Shown: positions 1 to 10,671 of the stretch, piece by piece
How the letters are laid out: every line of letters begins with the position of its first letter
How positions within the stretch are numbered: position 1 is the first letter of the stretch
DNA from: an uncultured Ruficoccus sp.
GTDB lineage: Bacteria; Verrucomicrobiota; Verrucomicrobiia; Opitutales; Cerasicoccaceae
DNA length: 52,279 nt
Assembly: GCA_965140785.1 (NCBI GenBank)
Contig: OZ223483.1
Span: 1-52,279, forward strand
Direction of reading: 5' to 3'
Position numbers and translations under genes: made by a program
Notes under the pieces: model-generated
The model's database searches: none
Seen by the model: only the letters and a program-made list of their open reading frames with translations
Told to the model about the DNA's origin: nothing

Positions 1-990
1 AAGACCCAATCCCTCCTTGCAACCGCGCTCGTCATCGGCGCCGCCTCCAGCTTGAGCGCCTATACGCTGGGCAGTAATTACAAAGCCTCGGTGCTGGCCA
101 GCACGGTCACCGCGTACGATTACACCCAGTTCGAGGGCATCTCGAAGTCGGGCAACACGCTGTACATCGGTAACTTCCGCTCGATCAAGCAGTACAACCT
201 GTCAACGGGCACGTACTCCGACTTCGGCGAAATGGCGGGCAACAACGGCATCTCGCACGTGACCTATGCCGGGGGCAAGGTGTACGCCTCGGCTTACATA
301 TTCGGCACAAAGCCCTACCCCTATACGATGTACTCGGTCAGTGCGGGCGGTACCTACTCGAATGTGATGGATATGGACGGGATTTTTGATGCCGACGTCA
401 ACGCGGGGGGCGATTTCTACTTCGTGGCCAGCCCGGACCTCAACGGGGATGACGAAGGGGACGGCAGCCGGCTGTTTCGCATGAACCTGACCGACAATAC
501 GGTGGCGGAGGTCGCCTATTTCGGGGGCGCCTCTGGCGGCATCACCTTTGACGACTCCGGTAATCTCTTTTACGCACACTACGACGACGGCGTGATCTAC
601 AGCTTCAGTGCCGAAGACCTGCTGGTGGGCAGCCTGGAGCTATCCGACGCGACAGTAGCCCTAAATCTGGACAACGCGGGGTATCTGGACTTCGACGCCA
701 ACGGCTACCTCGTCGCCAGCCACCTCGACGAGGAGACCTACGAATCCACCATCTCCCGCTACGACCTGGAAACGGGCGAGCTGATCGATGACATCTTCAC
801 CGGCACGGTCGGCGGCTTCCTCTGCGATGATGGCACCGTCTATGTCAACTCACAGAGCTGGGACGTCATGGGCGACTACGGCAGCGAACTGCTCGCGGTC
901 AACCCAGTGCCCGAGCCCTCGACCTACGCGTTGACCGTCTCGTTGCTGGCGGGACTCGTCGCGCTTTATCGCCGCCGACAGAGGAGATAG
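1..990 (+). CDS. PEP-CTERM sorting domain surface protein (5' partial; start just upstream of the window)
   Basis: Frame is open from base 1 (KTQSLLATALVIGAASSLSA, signal-peptide-like). C-terminus VPEPSTYALTVSLLAGLVALYRRRQRR is a PEP motif, TM helix and Arg cluster. The body is beta-rich and propeller-like. Confidence 0.9.
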   Translation, partial: KTQSLLATALVIGAASSLSAYTLGSNYKASVLASTVTAYDYTQFEGISKSGNTLYIGNFRSIKQYNLSTGTYSDFGEMAGNNGISHVTYAGGKVYASAYIFGTKPYPYTMYSVSAGGTYSNVMDMDGIFDADVNAGGDFYFVASPDLNGDDEGDGSRLFRMNLTDNTVAEVAYFGGASGGITFDDSGNLFYAHYDDGVIYSFSAEDLLVGSLELSDATVALNLDNAGYLDFDANGYLVASHLDEETYESTISRYDLETGELIDDIFTGTVGGFLCDDGTVYVNSQSWDVMGDYGSELLAVNPVPEPSTYALTVSLLAGLVALYRRRQRR

Positions 991-1022
991 AGCATCTCCG
1001 GTTTAATCTATCTGACCCAAAT

Positions 1023-1052
1023 AAAAAGCAGCCCCAGTGAGGGCTGCTTTTT
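1023..1052. terminator. Bidirectional intrinsic terminator
   Basis: AAAAAGCAGCCC-cagtga-GGGCTGCTTTTT between convergent genes. Confidence 0.85.
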
Positions 1053-1077
1053 GTCGGCGGAGGAAAAGAGTCTTCCC

Positions 1078-2907
1078 CTACCCTTTGGGTTCGGTGGAGA
1101 GCTGGAGTTTGCGGTCGGCTTTGGCCTTGGCCTTGATCTGGCTCTGGAGTTCGAACTCCTCGGCCATGGCTTCGAGGTCTTCGAGGTCGGGCGGCACGGT
1201 GGCGATGGCTTCCTCCATGGTGGAGATGCCGGAGCGCACTTTTTTCATGCTGTCCTGGTGGAGCGTGTACATGCCGGTGTACATGGCGATGCGCTTGAGT
1301 TCGGCGGTTTCCACCTCCTTGTTGATCCCCTCGATGAGAAGCTCTGAAATCTGCATCAGTTCGTGGATACCGATTCGGCCGCGGTAGCCCTTACCATTGC
1401 AACTGGGACAGCCGGTGCGGTTCGCGCGGTAGATGTTGCCGTCGCCCTCCTTCCAGCCGAGGGCTTTTCCGAGGATGTCCAACTCGCGCCCGACGGGCTC
1501 GTAGGACTGGCGGCAGGTCTTACACACGCGGCGCATGAGGCGCTGGGCGCAGACACACACCAGCGAGGCCGAAAGCATGAAGGGCTCGATCCCCATATCG
1601 GTCAGACGGGCGATGGTGCTGGGGGCGTCGTTCGTGTGCAGGGTGCTGAATAGCATGTGCCCGGTCAGCGCGGCCTCGACCGCGATCCCGGCAGTTTCCT
1701 TGTCACGGATTTCCCCCACCAGAATGACGTCGGGGTCCTGACGCAGGAAAGCGCGAAGGGCGTTGGCGAAGGTCAGGCCGATCTTGCGCTGCATCTGCAT
1801 CTGGCACAGGCCGGGCAGCGTGTACTCGATCGGATCCTCGGCGGTGCGAATGCAGATCTCCGACGAGTTGATCTCGTTGAGCGCGGAGTATAGCGTCATC
1901 GACTTACCCGAGCCGGTCGGGCCGCAGTGCAGGATCATCCCGTAGGGCCGGGTGATCAGATCGCGGTAGATGGTGAGATTCTCGGGCTCGAAACCCAGGG
2001 CCGTAAGCGGCAGGGTGGATTTACCCTTGTCGAGAATACGCATGACGGCGCCCTCGCCGTGATTGAGGGGCGAGGTGGCCACGCGAAGGTCGATGTTGAT
2101 CGGCTTCTTGGTAAACTGCTGGAAGACAATACGGCCATCCTGCGGAAGGCGTTTCTCGGCGATGTCGAGGTTCGACATGACCTTGATGCGAGCCAGCAGG
2201 GCGCCGGCTACCTTGGACGGCAGGGTGAGCTTCTCGGTCAGCACCCCATCGACGCGCACCCGCACGCGGCAGGAATTTTCAGCGGGCTCGATGTGAATGT
2301 CGCTGCCACCCGAGTAGTAGGCGTCTTCGATGATGCGATTGGCCAACTGGATGATGGGAGCGGATTCCTCGGCATCGCCATCGTCGTCGATCTCCGATTC
2401 CTCGAGGGAAAATTCTATGTCGAGCGCCTCGACCACATCGCCGAAGCCTTCGGCGACGTGCATCTCGGGTTTGTCATCGGACTTGAGATGGTGCAGGATG
2501 TCGCGTTCGATCGCCAGCAGCGGGTGAACCTTGCGCCGGGTGATTTCCTGGACCTTGTTGCGCACGGACATATCGAACGGATTGGCCAGCGCGATCACGA
2601 TGTAGTCGCCCACCACGCCGATGGGTAAGACCTTGTTCTCCTTGCAGAAGTCCTGATCCAGCCGCTCGAAAGTGCGCTCGTCGCGGCGGTAATGGTGAGC
2701 GTTGAAGGGCCTCAATCCGCAGGCCTCGCTCTTGGCCACCAGAAGCTGAAACTCGCTGATTTCAAAATCCTTCATCAGGAGCTTTTCGACTTCGTCGCCG
2801 GAGAGCTCCTTGTCAGTGTAAATAATCTGGTCGGCCTGCTGCTGGGTAAGGCGGTTCAGGTCTTTGAGATTATTGACGATGGCGGCCTGGATACGTGCGA
2901 GTGCCAT
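1078..2907 (-). CDS. pilB: GspE/PilB-family secretion or type IV pilus assembly ATPase
   Basis: [19 protein letters not shown], Walker [43 protein letters not shown], Zn motif CKTC...CPSC. Confidence 0.9.
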   Translation of the reverse strand: MALARIQAAIVNNLKDLNRLTQQQADQIIYTDKELSGDEVEKLLMKDFEISEFQLLVAKSEACGLRPFNAHHYRRDERTFERLDQDFCKENKVLPIGVVGDYIVIALANPFDMSVRNKVQEITRRKVHPLLAIERDILHHLKSDDKPEMHVAEGFGDVVEALDIEFSLEESEIDDDGDAEESAPIIQLANRIIEDAYYSGGSDIHIEPAENSCRVRVRVDGVLTEKLTLPSKVAGALLARIKVMSNLDIAEKRLPQDGRIVFQQFTKKPINIDLRVATSPLNHGEGAVMRILDKGKSTLPLTALGFEPENLTIYRDLITRPYGMILHCGPTGSGKSMTLYSALNEINSSEICIRTAEDPIEYTLPGLCQMQMQRKIGLTFANALRAFLRQDPDVILVGEIRDKETAGIAVEAALTGHMLFSTLHTNDAPSTIARLTDMGIEPFMLSASLVCVCAQRLMRRVCKTCRQSYEPVGRELDILGKALGWKEGDGNIYRANRTGCPSCNGKGYRGRIGIHELMQISELLIEGINKEVETAELKRIAMYTGMYTLHQDSMKKVRSGISTMEEAIATVPPDLEDLEAMAEEFELQSQIKAKAKADRKLQLSTEPKG

Positions 2908-2922
2908 AATGAGCGGATGGGA

Positions 2923-4274
2923 TTATGCCGGGGGCGTTAACAGTTCAGGATAGAGCAAACCAAGTTCATCGACCTTGTTCACAGCGGTGGCCAACGCCAT
3001 TTCCACACCGAGGCGCTCCAGTAGCTTGACGAGTTCTTCGTCGGAGTCCTGAAGCATTATCTTTAAAAGCGCGTTTTGCTCCTGGCGGAGGTATTGCTTG
3101 AGCGTGGGTATATCATCCACGGACACCTCCTTACCGGTGCGGCCCAGCACCTCCGAAAGCTGCCCCCCGGTCACCGATCCCTCCGCGGTCAATGCCACTG
3201 TGCGGCGAATGACATCGGCCAGTTCCCGGTAATTGCCCGGCCAGCTGTATCCAAGCAGGCATGACAGCACATCTCCGGCCAGCTGTGTCCGTCCGGGGCG
3301 CTGCGCCTTCTCGGCGTGAAGCTTGAGCAGGCGCTGGGCGTAAATAGCCAGGTCGCTCAGGCGCTCGTGCAGCGCAGGCCAGACGCTATGCTTTTCGAGC
3401 AGCAGCTCCTTCAGTTCCGGATTTATCCGCGGAGCGCCTTCGGCAAAGAGTGACTCGTCCACCAGGTGAACGAACAAAAACGGCTCGGGCACCTCGCGGA
3501 AGACATCCACCCAGACCTCCTGCTGCTCGAAGCTGGCATGCGTGTAGCCGCACACACCGACGACCGGGCTGACGCCGGACTGAAGCTCGCGCAGGTGCTC
3601 CCGCGTCCGGGGGAGATTTCGGAGGAAACATTGACCAGGATCACGTGATCGCTCGGCTGCTGCTGCCAGCGGGAAATCTCGCGCAAGAGCAGCTCAAACT
3701 CCGAGCCGCCCGGGGCCTGAATAAAAACATGGGCCTGCTCGCGGGTCGAGAGCCAGATATCGTCCAGAAACATCTGCATCGCCACCGACTCGTCAGCCAC
3801 GAACTGGCTCTCACCGGGATAGCTGCGCACGTAGCTGCGTCCATCACGGTCAGGAATCGCCTCTTTCTGAGCGGTCTGGAGGCTCTTTTGCAGGTGGAAA
3901 TCCTCCTCCGTAAGCGGTTGGACGAAGCGCTTCACGTGGGTGAGGAAATTGTCGATATCGATCGGCTTCTCCAGCACGAGCGTCACACTCATGTTGGCGA
4001 CCTTGACCAGCTCCGGTGTATTCATCAACCCGACACGAGGATGACGGGCAGGTTGGGATTGATCTGGCGGGCCTTCTGGAGAAAGTCCGCCCCGTCCATG
4101 ACAGGCATTTTATAGTCGGAAATAACCAGATCGTAACCGCGCTCCTCCAGAGCCCGGAGCGCAACCTCCGGCTTGGTAGCGGAATCGACAAGAAAGTGAT
4201 GCTGCTTCCAGCAGGGAGTGCAGCATTTTTGCGTAATTTTCTTCGTCGTCGAGTACGAGAATCTTCTGCGCCAT
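2923..4274 (-). pseudogene. Response regulator (REC plus degenerate sigma54-activator-like domain) split by three single-base frameshifts; probably intact in vivo
   Basis: Joined frames read MAQKILVLDDEENYAKMLHSLLE / QHHFLVDSATKPEVALRALEERGYDLVISDYKMPVMDG...PVILVSG / LMNTPELVKVAN... / REHLRELQ...WPALHERLSDL...YSWPGNYREL. Breaks at about 4207, 4030 and 3610. Confidence 0.75.
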
Positions 4275-4359
4275 AAGTGGGACCGTGGGTCTCGGGATGA
4301 AGTAATATCTTAGCGTATTCGCACCCGGTGGCAAGAGCCCAATGGCACTAAAAACGGGC

Positions 4360-5034
4360 CTAGAAAAGCATGAAAGCCTCACCGATGCGCACGAGCGCAC
4401 CGCGTGAAGACAGAGGCAGGTCGCACTGGGTCAGCGCCATGAGGTAATCATCGCCGCAGTTCGCCCAGGCCCACAGGATGGCCTGCTCAAAGTCCAGGCG
4501 GATGCGTCCGCGCGGGCACTGGTGGCCCTTGAGCAGGACGTCGAGTTGAAGGATGAGCCGGGTCGCCTGCATCAGGCGGTCGTTATCGAGTTCGACGCGG
4601 CAGGTGCATTCCTCCCACTGGCTGGATTCAAAATCCCGGATGCCCGTCCAGGACACACCCGCCAATCCGCAGAGACGATCCACGACCTCGGGCCGGGTCA
4701 CATCGATCAGGTAATCGGTGGCCAGCACCTGCTCCCAGGGAACATCGTCACAATCCTCCCAGCCCGTCACACCCTCCCAGGCCTCGTAATGGTAGCTCGT
4801 ATCTTTGCGCTCGAGCCGGACAGATCGGCCCGGTTCCCAGGTGAGTAGGCTCTGCAAGGGACCGGCGTCCAGGGAGTTGCCGCAATTTTCGCAGGAGCGG
4901 TGAAGCGTTCCCAGCAGCAATCCCAACTCCGCCGTATCGACGGACTCGTCCGCACCGGTGGCCGTCAGGAAATCCTCTTCGAAATCCAGCGAGACCGTTT
5001 GCTTCAAAGGGTAGGAATGGTCAGCTGTGCTCAT
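4360..5034 (-). CDS. Hypothetical protein (224 aa)
   Basis: ATG-started ORF filling the gap between the two regulator genes, same strand; no motif recognised. Confidence 0.65.
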   Translation of the reverse strand: MSTADHSYPLKQTVSLDFEEDFLTATGADESVDTAELGLLLGTLHRSCENCGNSLDAGPLQSLLTWEPGRSVRLERKDTSYHYEAWEGVTGWEDCDDVPWEQVLATDYLIDVTRPEVVDRLCGLAGVSWTGIRDFESSQWEECTCRVELDNDRLMQATRLILQLDVLLKGHQCPRGRIRLDFEQAILWAWANCGDDYLMALTQCDLPLSSRGALVRIGEAFMLF

Positions 5035-5044
5035 GGTTTAAATT

Positions 5045-6373
5045 TTATCCGTTGTATCGCCACCGGGGGTAATGATTTCCTCCACCAGCGTTTCCCTCCA
5101 CGCCGAGGATCTGCGCGGTCAACTCCGGGTCTTCTCCGCTGAGCCGGTAGACCGCCTTGAGGTAATCGTTTCGGCGGAGCTGGAGCAGATGGTTGAGATT
5201 GGGGATGCCGTCGAGGCGGGCGTTTCCTGCCCGTGTCGAAGCCTCCTCCAACACCTCCCGCGTGATAGGAGCCCCATTGGAGGAGCCAACGGCCGCACGC
5301 ACGGCGCGTTTGAGTTCCAGCATGCCCCCGGGCCATTCGCGCTCGCGCAGGTAGGACGCCGCGGAGGATTCGAGCTCCGGTAAGGCACTCAGCCCCTGAC
5401 GGGCCGCCTCGGACTTGATCACCCGCCGCGCGATGAGGGAAAGGTCATCGCGAATGTCGCTCAAGGGCGGAACCTTTACTTCCGTGGTCCCGAGGAACAT
5501 GTACAGGTTGTCATCGATCTTGTCCTTGTCGTAGAGCACATCGATGTCCTCGTTGACAAAAAAAATACAACGCACGGGCAATTCGTACGCCTGGAAGGAG
5601 CCTTTCTTCTTAGCTGCGGCATAAACGACATCCGTCTGCTCAGGATACATCTGGTCGGGCCGCGCGATCATCAGGGTCAGGCGATTGGCCCCGCCCTGCT
5701 GAGCCTCGTCCAGTGCCTGGAGCAGGGAAGCTTCGTTGAGCTCGTCGGGCTCCATCATGGCGAAGGCCTCGCCAGCCTCAGTATCAAAGCGGCGAATGTC
5801 CTCCAGCAAGCTGGCCAGATCCGTCCCGTCCTCGCCGATCAGCACGAGATTATTTTTAAAGCCGCGCAGGGCGTGGAGTTTTTTGGCGAACTCCAGGCTG
5901 GCACCTGCCCGGCAGGGATAGCTCTCAAAGGAAAAGGGCAACCCGTGCTCGAAGTCTCCGCTCTCGTTCTCAGCGGGCCGCGCTCCGGTCGGGCGCTCCC
6001 GGTCGGCCTGGGAGGACTCGATCAGAGCTGAGGTGCGCTTGAGCAGCGAAAAGACGTTCAGGGGCTTGAGGAAGACACCACCGACGCCCTCGCGAATGAG
6101 GTTGCGGATGGTGTCGTTGTCCAGATAACCGGAGACCATGATGACAGGTACTTCCGGCTTCAGGCGCTTGATCTCTCGGATGAATTCCTCACCGCTGAGG
6201 CCGGGCATCTTCTGGTCCGTCACGACCAGGTCGAAGTGATCGTTGCGGAACAAGACCACCGCGGCCTCAGGATCGCGCTCGGACACGACTTCGTAGTCCG
6301 CTTGCGCGTAAATATCCGTCAAGAGGTTATTAAAGTCCGAATCATCATCAAGTATGAGTATCCGTTTACCCAT
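5045..6373 (-). CDS. Response regulator: REC domain, degenerate NtrC-like AAA+ domain and probable HTH
   Basis: ILILDDD...VVTDQKMPGLSG...IMVSG...FLKP; remnants VLIGEDGTD, VPPLSDIRDDL, WPGGMLEL. Confidence 0.85.
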   Translation of the reverse strand: MGKRILILDDDSDFNNLLTDIYAQADYEVVSERDPEAAVVLFRNDHFDLVVTDQKMPGLSGEEFIREIKRLKPEVPVIMVSGYLDNDTIRNLIREGVGGVFLKPLNVFSLLKRTSALIESSQADRERPTGARPAENESGDFEHGLPFSFESYPCRAGASLEFAKKLHALRGFKNNLVLIGEDGTDLASLLEDIRRFDTEAGEAFAMMEPDELNEASLLQALDEAQQGGANRLTLMIARPDQMYPEQTDVVYAAAKKKGSFQAYELPVRCIFFVNEDIDVLYDKDKIDDNLYMFLGTTEVKVPPLSDIRDDLSLIARRVIKSEAARQGLSALPELESSAASYLREREWPGGMLELKRAVRAAVGSSNGAPITREVLEEASTRAGNARLDGIPNLNHLLQLRRNDYLKAVYRLSGEDPELTAQILGVEGNAGGGNHYPRWRYNG

Positions 6374-6484
6374 GGTGCCTGTTTCTTATAGCAAGGAATA
6401 TTGGGGAGGTTCAAGCCATTCCCAAAACTCCTGTTTGGTTAATCGGCTGCCCCCTGTTGAGGTTAAGCCTGGCCGGAGTTGAGC

Positions 6485-6985
6485 TCAACTGGCGGCCTCG
6501 CTGGACTCGTCCCGTTCGACCTGGTCCAAAGCCGCCGAAATCGAGGTAAGGCTGGCCACATACCAAAGGATTTTACCCTCGAGCTGTTCTGTCCAGTATT
6601 GTTTGGCCGGTTCGCTCAGGTAGTAGCCGGTGGCGACCATGTAGAAGTCCTCCACCCGGTCAAAAGGAAGGGTGAAAGTAGCCCAACATAAATCCGTATT
6701 CAACCGCATCTCGCGGAATTTGCCCAGATCGTAGTTTCCCAGGTCGATGAGGCTGACATCGTCCTGGTCCACGAGGCTGTCGATCAGCTTGGCCTCATCC
6801 AGGGCCTTCAGCTCGAAGATGAGGATATTCAGCAGACTGGCCCCGCGCAAATCCCCGGCCTGGACGATCTCCAGCAATTTCTCGTTGGCGGCTTCCAGGT
6901 CCTCGTTGGTGACGAGACCGCGTTCGAGCAGGGCGGCGCCCAGAAAACGGTTGCTGCGCAGGACAAGCGGGCGCTGTTCAAGCAT
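6485..6985 (-). CDS. Stand-alone GspE/PilB N-terminal (MshEN-like) domain protein
   Basis: RFLGAALLERGLVTNEDLEAA resembles the RLGxxLxxxGxIxxxxLxxAL MshEN motif, followed by a TLPFDR..YMVA subdomain like T2SSE_N; no ATPase domain. Confidence 0.65.
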   Translation of the reverse strand: MLEQRPLVLRSNRFLGAALLERGLVTNEDLEAANEKLLEIVQAGDLRGASLLNILIFELKALDEAKLIDSLVDQDDVSLIDLGNYDLGKFREMRLNTDLCWATFTLPFDRVEDFYMVATGYYLSEPAKQYWTEQLEGKILWYVASLTSISAALDQVERDESSEAAS

Positions 6986-7278
6986 GATCGGAAAAGATAG
7001 ACGGACGCCCGGTCCAGGGCGATAAAAAAACAGAATCCTCTGCTCGTGCCGAATTAAGAGTGTGCTCTGTTAACCTAATCAGTTTAAGGTGGGTGCTCTC
7101 CAGCTGGCTTCTGTCTTCCGGTTTACGGCCTGACATCCACAAGCCGGGTTCAAGCTCCCAATATATGAGAAAAGGATAAGAGCAGACGATAGGTTTCGTA
7201 CACAGAAGAGGATTCTGAAAATAGCATACCCAAAGAGCCGGGTATTTCAAATGGAAAATACGTACGCGTGCAAACCGC

Positions 7279-7755
7279 TCAACGCAACGGTCCGCCGCCG
7301 AAAATACCGGCATTGGCCAGGGCGTACTTCTGCGCCAGGTAGGCTTCCACCTGCTGGGTCGCCTGCGCACCGTAGATCGTGGTCACAGCGTCCATCATCT
7401 GCTTACGCAACTGGTCCAGCTCGACTTCGACCTCGGCCGGGAAGCTGCGCCCCTGGAAGGTGCCCTCGCTCAACTCGTCCGTGCGCGTGACGATGGGACG
7501 GAGCTTTGCCACGAGTTGGGTCAGGCGCTGGGGCTCATTGTAGCGGACCGCCAGGTAGCCGACGGTATCGATCACCGGCACCCGGTACTGGACATTGAGC
7601 ACGACCTTGGGCTCGCTCCATTCGCGCTCCTCATACTCCCAACGCTTCTGGTGGGCGTCCACCGGGCGCGGGCCGGCGAGAACGCCGGGAGCCATGACGA
7701 GATCAAAAGCGAGCACGGCCCCTAAAAGGGCCAGAAGTTTAAGAGCCTGCGACAT
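7279..7755 (-). CDS. Exported hypothetical protein
   Basis: 158-aa ORF with signal-peptide-like N-terminus, 8 bp downstream of the TPR gene. Confidence 0.65.
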   Translation of the reverse strand: MSQALKLLALLGAVLAFDLVMAPGVLAGPRPVDAHQKRWEYEEREWSEPKVVLNVQYRVPVIDTVGYLAVRYNEPQRLTQLVAKLRPIVTRTDELSEGTFQGRSFPAEVEVELDQLRKQMMDAVTTIYGAQATQQVEAYLAQKYALANAGIFGGGPLR

Positions 7756-7763
7756 AAATAAGA

Positions 7764-9197
7764 TTACTGTTTTTTCTTTTTCTTTTCGTAGTAGGCGTTG
7801 ATGCGGTCGGAGACATCCTTGTAGCCGATGTCGTCCTGATAAATCTCCTTTAATTCCTCGATGGAGCTGTCTTCGTCCCCGTGCTCGGCGTAGGCAATGG
7901 CCAAGTCGTAAATGATCTCCTTCTTGAGATCGCTCATGCCGATGACGTCGCCCTTGGCGGACTTGAGCTGCTCGATGGCCATGTCGCTCTTACCGGTAGC
8001 ATTGAGGGCACGACCGAGGAAAAGAATGGCGCGGGTGCGGACCTTCGGATTGCGGCGGGCCTGCTGGAACTGCTGGATGGCCTCGTCGAACTGGCCGTCC
8101 TCGTACAGGAGCTGACCATAATCGAAACGTGCGGCGTAGTCGTTGGGATACTTTTCCACCGTTTCGCGGGCGGCCTTGAGGCGGAAGTCGTGCTCCTCCT
8201 TGCGCAGCGTATCCACCCGCTCCTTGAGCGCGGCGTCGTCGGGCTTGGCTTCGAGGGCTTCCTCGGCCTCCGCGATGCGCTTGCGCATGGACTGGACGGT
8301 CAAATCGCTGGCCAGACGCTCCAGGGTGGTGTCACCGCGGCCGGTCGGACGCTCACGGGCCATCTTGAGGTACTCGAGCGCCTTGTCGAATTCGCCCATG
8401 TTGCGGTAGCCGTTGATAATGTCCCGGTAAAGGTTCATGTTGTCGGGCTCTTTTTCCAGCAGCTTGAGATTCTTGCTGACCAGCTTTTCGATGGTCTCGG
8501 CGTCGTTGACGACGCGGGCCTGCTGCTCGAGCTCGACGGCTTCCTCCTCGTTGGCGAGCTTGTCGCGGAAGTCGGTCTCTTCCTCCCATTTACCCCGCTT
8601 CATGGAATCGGCCACGGAGGCACGCTTGATGAGCTCCTGGGCCATTTCGTTACCGGGCGACTCGGCGAGTACCTCCCCGGCCAGAAGGACCGCATCCTGA
8701 GCGCGTCCGGCCTCGATCATAGCGTTACCGAGGGAGAGCTTGATCTCCATGTTCTTGGGATCGGCCTTCTTGGCCTCACCGTAGGCGAAAGCCGCCGTCT
8801 CCCACAAACCGAGGGATTCCGCGGCCTGGCCGAGCGTGCGGTGGGCGCTGGCGTTGGAGGGATCGTTGGAAAGCATCTTTTCGGCGCTCTCCATGGCGGC
8901 CTTGGGATCTTTCTTTAGCTGAGTGCTGGCCTTGATGGCAAAGGGGGCGCTGGTCACGCTGCCCAGCAGGCGACCGAAGCCGCTGGTCTTACCACCGGAA
9001 GCGCGCTTCTGGGCGGTCCGTAAAATCTTGCGAACTTCCAGGCATCCCGGCTCGCGCTGAAGGATATTGGTGCAAATATCGATCGCGTAACTGGCGTTGC
9101 GATTGATCGATTTTTGCGCGTTTTCAACCTGTTTACGAAGGCGGGGGTCGAGATCCTTCAGTTCAACTTCCTGATAAGTACTTTCCGTGGTGTCCAT
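7764..9197 (-). CDS. Tetratricopeptide repeat protein
   Basis: Several TPR-like units (AHRTLGQAAESLG, ARFDYGQLLYEDGQFDEAIQQFQQA, AILFLGRAL, IIYDLAIAY). Confidence 0.85.
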   Translation of the reverse strand: MDTTESTYQEVELKDLDPRLRKQVENAQKSINRNASYAIDICTNILQREPGCLEVRKILRTAQKRASGGKTSGFGRLLGSVTSAPFAIKASTQLKKDPKAAMESAEKMLSNDPSNASAHRTLGQAAESLGLWETAAFAYGEAKKADPKNMEIKLSLGNAMIEAGRAQDAVLLAGEVLAESPGNEMAQELIKRASVADSMKRGKWEEETDFRDKLANEEEAVELEQQARVVNDAETIEKLVSKNLKLLEKEPDNMNLYRDIINGYRNMGEFDKALEYLKMARERPTGRGDTTLERLASDLTVQSMRKRIAEAEEALEAKPDDAALKERVDTLRKEEHDFRLKAARETVEKYPNDYAARFDYGQLLYEDGQFDEAIQQFQQARRNPKVRTRAILFLGRALNATGKSDMAIEQLKSAKGDVIGMSDLKKEIIYDLAIAYAEHGDEDSSIEELKEIYQDDIGYKDVSDRINAYYEKKKKKQ

Positions 9198-9315
9198 AGG
9201 AGTAGGAATTGGCTAAATTAGTGCTTGTGGGGCGGGCGTCAATGCCCAAGGCGTGAATACACCCCTCCGGTGCGGTTTCTAGACAAAATCGCCAAACCTC
9301 CAAGGGGTATTAAGC

Positions 9316-10671
9316 TTATTTTATCACTTCGAGGTCCTTTTTTGCCGCCTCAACCAGCAAATCCAAGCCCTTTCGACTCGCTTCCTCGCCCGAGGCTTCC
9401 ACCAGCAGGCGCAGTTTCGGCTCCGTGCCCGAATAGCGCACCAGCAGGCGACCTTCCTGACCGAGCTGGCTACTCAGTTGCTGCATGGCCTCGGACAGGG
9501 CCGGACACTGCTCAAGCGGAATCTTCTCGGTCACGCGCAGGCTCATTGTCGCCTGCGGGAAGAGCGTCACTTCCTGACGCAGGACCGAAAGCGGCTTACC
9601 TGTGTCGAGCATGACCGCGATCAACTTGATCGCCGCCAGCAGGCCGTCCCCGGAGACTGAAAAATCACGCTGAATGATGTGGCCGGAGTTTTCACCCCCG
9701 AGATTGCAGCCCAGCGCGCGCATGCGCAGCAGGACGTTGCGGTCGCCTACGGAGACGCGCTCGACCTTCCCCCCGGCATTGAGGAGGGCTTTATCGAGGC
9801 CGAAATTGCTCTGGACGGTGGCCACCAGGGTCTTGTGCACCAGGGTGCCCTTGCGAAGTGCGTGCAGGGCCAGAATGCCCAGCAACTGGTCGCCGTCCAC
9901 GATCCCGCCCTTCTCGTCACAGACCACCAGGCGGTCACCGTCGCCGTCGTGAGCGATGCCCAGCTTGGCCTTTTCCTTGCGCACGGCCTTGGCCAGTTTC
10001 TCGGGGTGCTCGCTGCCGACGCCGTCATTGATATTGGAGCCGTCGGGCTGGTTGCCAATGGCGACGATCTGCGCCCCGAAATGCTCCAGCACGGCGGGGC
10101 TGGTCTCGGTGGTGGCCCCGTTGGCCGTGTCCAGGACGATTTTCCAGCCGCGGATGCAGTGCTGGTGGAGCTGGGACTTGAGCGTGTTGATATACACGCC
10201 CCTGCCGTCGTAGGGATAGCCGCAGGTGTAGGTCTTGGTCGTGTCGGGGTCGGTGGATAACTCGGCGATGAAGCCCTCGATCTCCGATTCGGCTTCGAGT
10301 GTGAACTTCAGGCCGCGGTTGTCGAAAAGTTTGATCCCGTTGTCGGCGGCGGGGTTATGCGAGGCGGTGATGGCGATGCCCAGGTCGGCGTGAAGCTCGC
10401 GGACCACCTGTGAAACAGCCGGTGTCGGCACCACGCCCAGCAGGAGAACATGGATGCCGTTCGCGCACAGCCCCCCGCACAGGCCGCTCTCGATCTCCTC
10501 CCCCGAGGAGCGGGTGTCGCGCCCGATCACGATGGTGATGGGCTTGGTCGGATTGTGCTTTTTAAGAAAACGCGCCAGGGCGAAGCCGCAATGATGGACG
10601 AAAGCCTCATTGAGCACCGGGCCGCCCCATGCGCCCCGTATGCCGTCCGTCCCGAAATAGCGCATTCTCAT
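9316..10671 (-). CDS. glmM: Phosphoglucosamine mutase
   Basis: YFGTDGIRG, IGRDTRSSG, active-site ITASHNP, DGDGDR, GGENSGH, VRYSGTEP; start placed at the ATG overlapping the trpD stop (ATGA). Confidence 0.93.
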   Translation of the reverse strand: MRMRYFGTDGIRGAWGGPVLNEAFVHHCGFALARFLKKHNPTKPITIVIGRDTRSSGEEIESGLCGGLCANGIHVLLLGVVPTPAVSQVVRELHADLGIAITASHNPAADNGIKLFDNRGLKFTLEAESEIEGFIAELSTDPDTTKTYTCGYPYDGRGVYINTLKSQLHQHCIRGWKIVLDTANGATTETSPAVLEHFGAQIVAIGNQPDGSNINDGVGSEHPEKLAKAVRKEKAKLGIAHDGDGDRLVVCDEKGGIVDGDQLLGILALHALRKGTLVHKTLVATVQSNFGLDKALLNAGGKVERVSVGDRNVLLRMRALGCNLGGENSGHIIQRDFSVSGDGLLAAIKLIAVMLDTGKPLSVLRQEVTLFPQATMSLRVTEKIPLEQCPALSEAMQQLSSQLGQEGRLLVRYSGTEPKLRLLVEASGEEASRKGLDLLVEAAKKDLEVIK

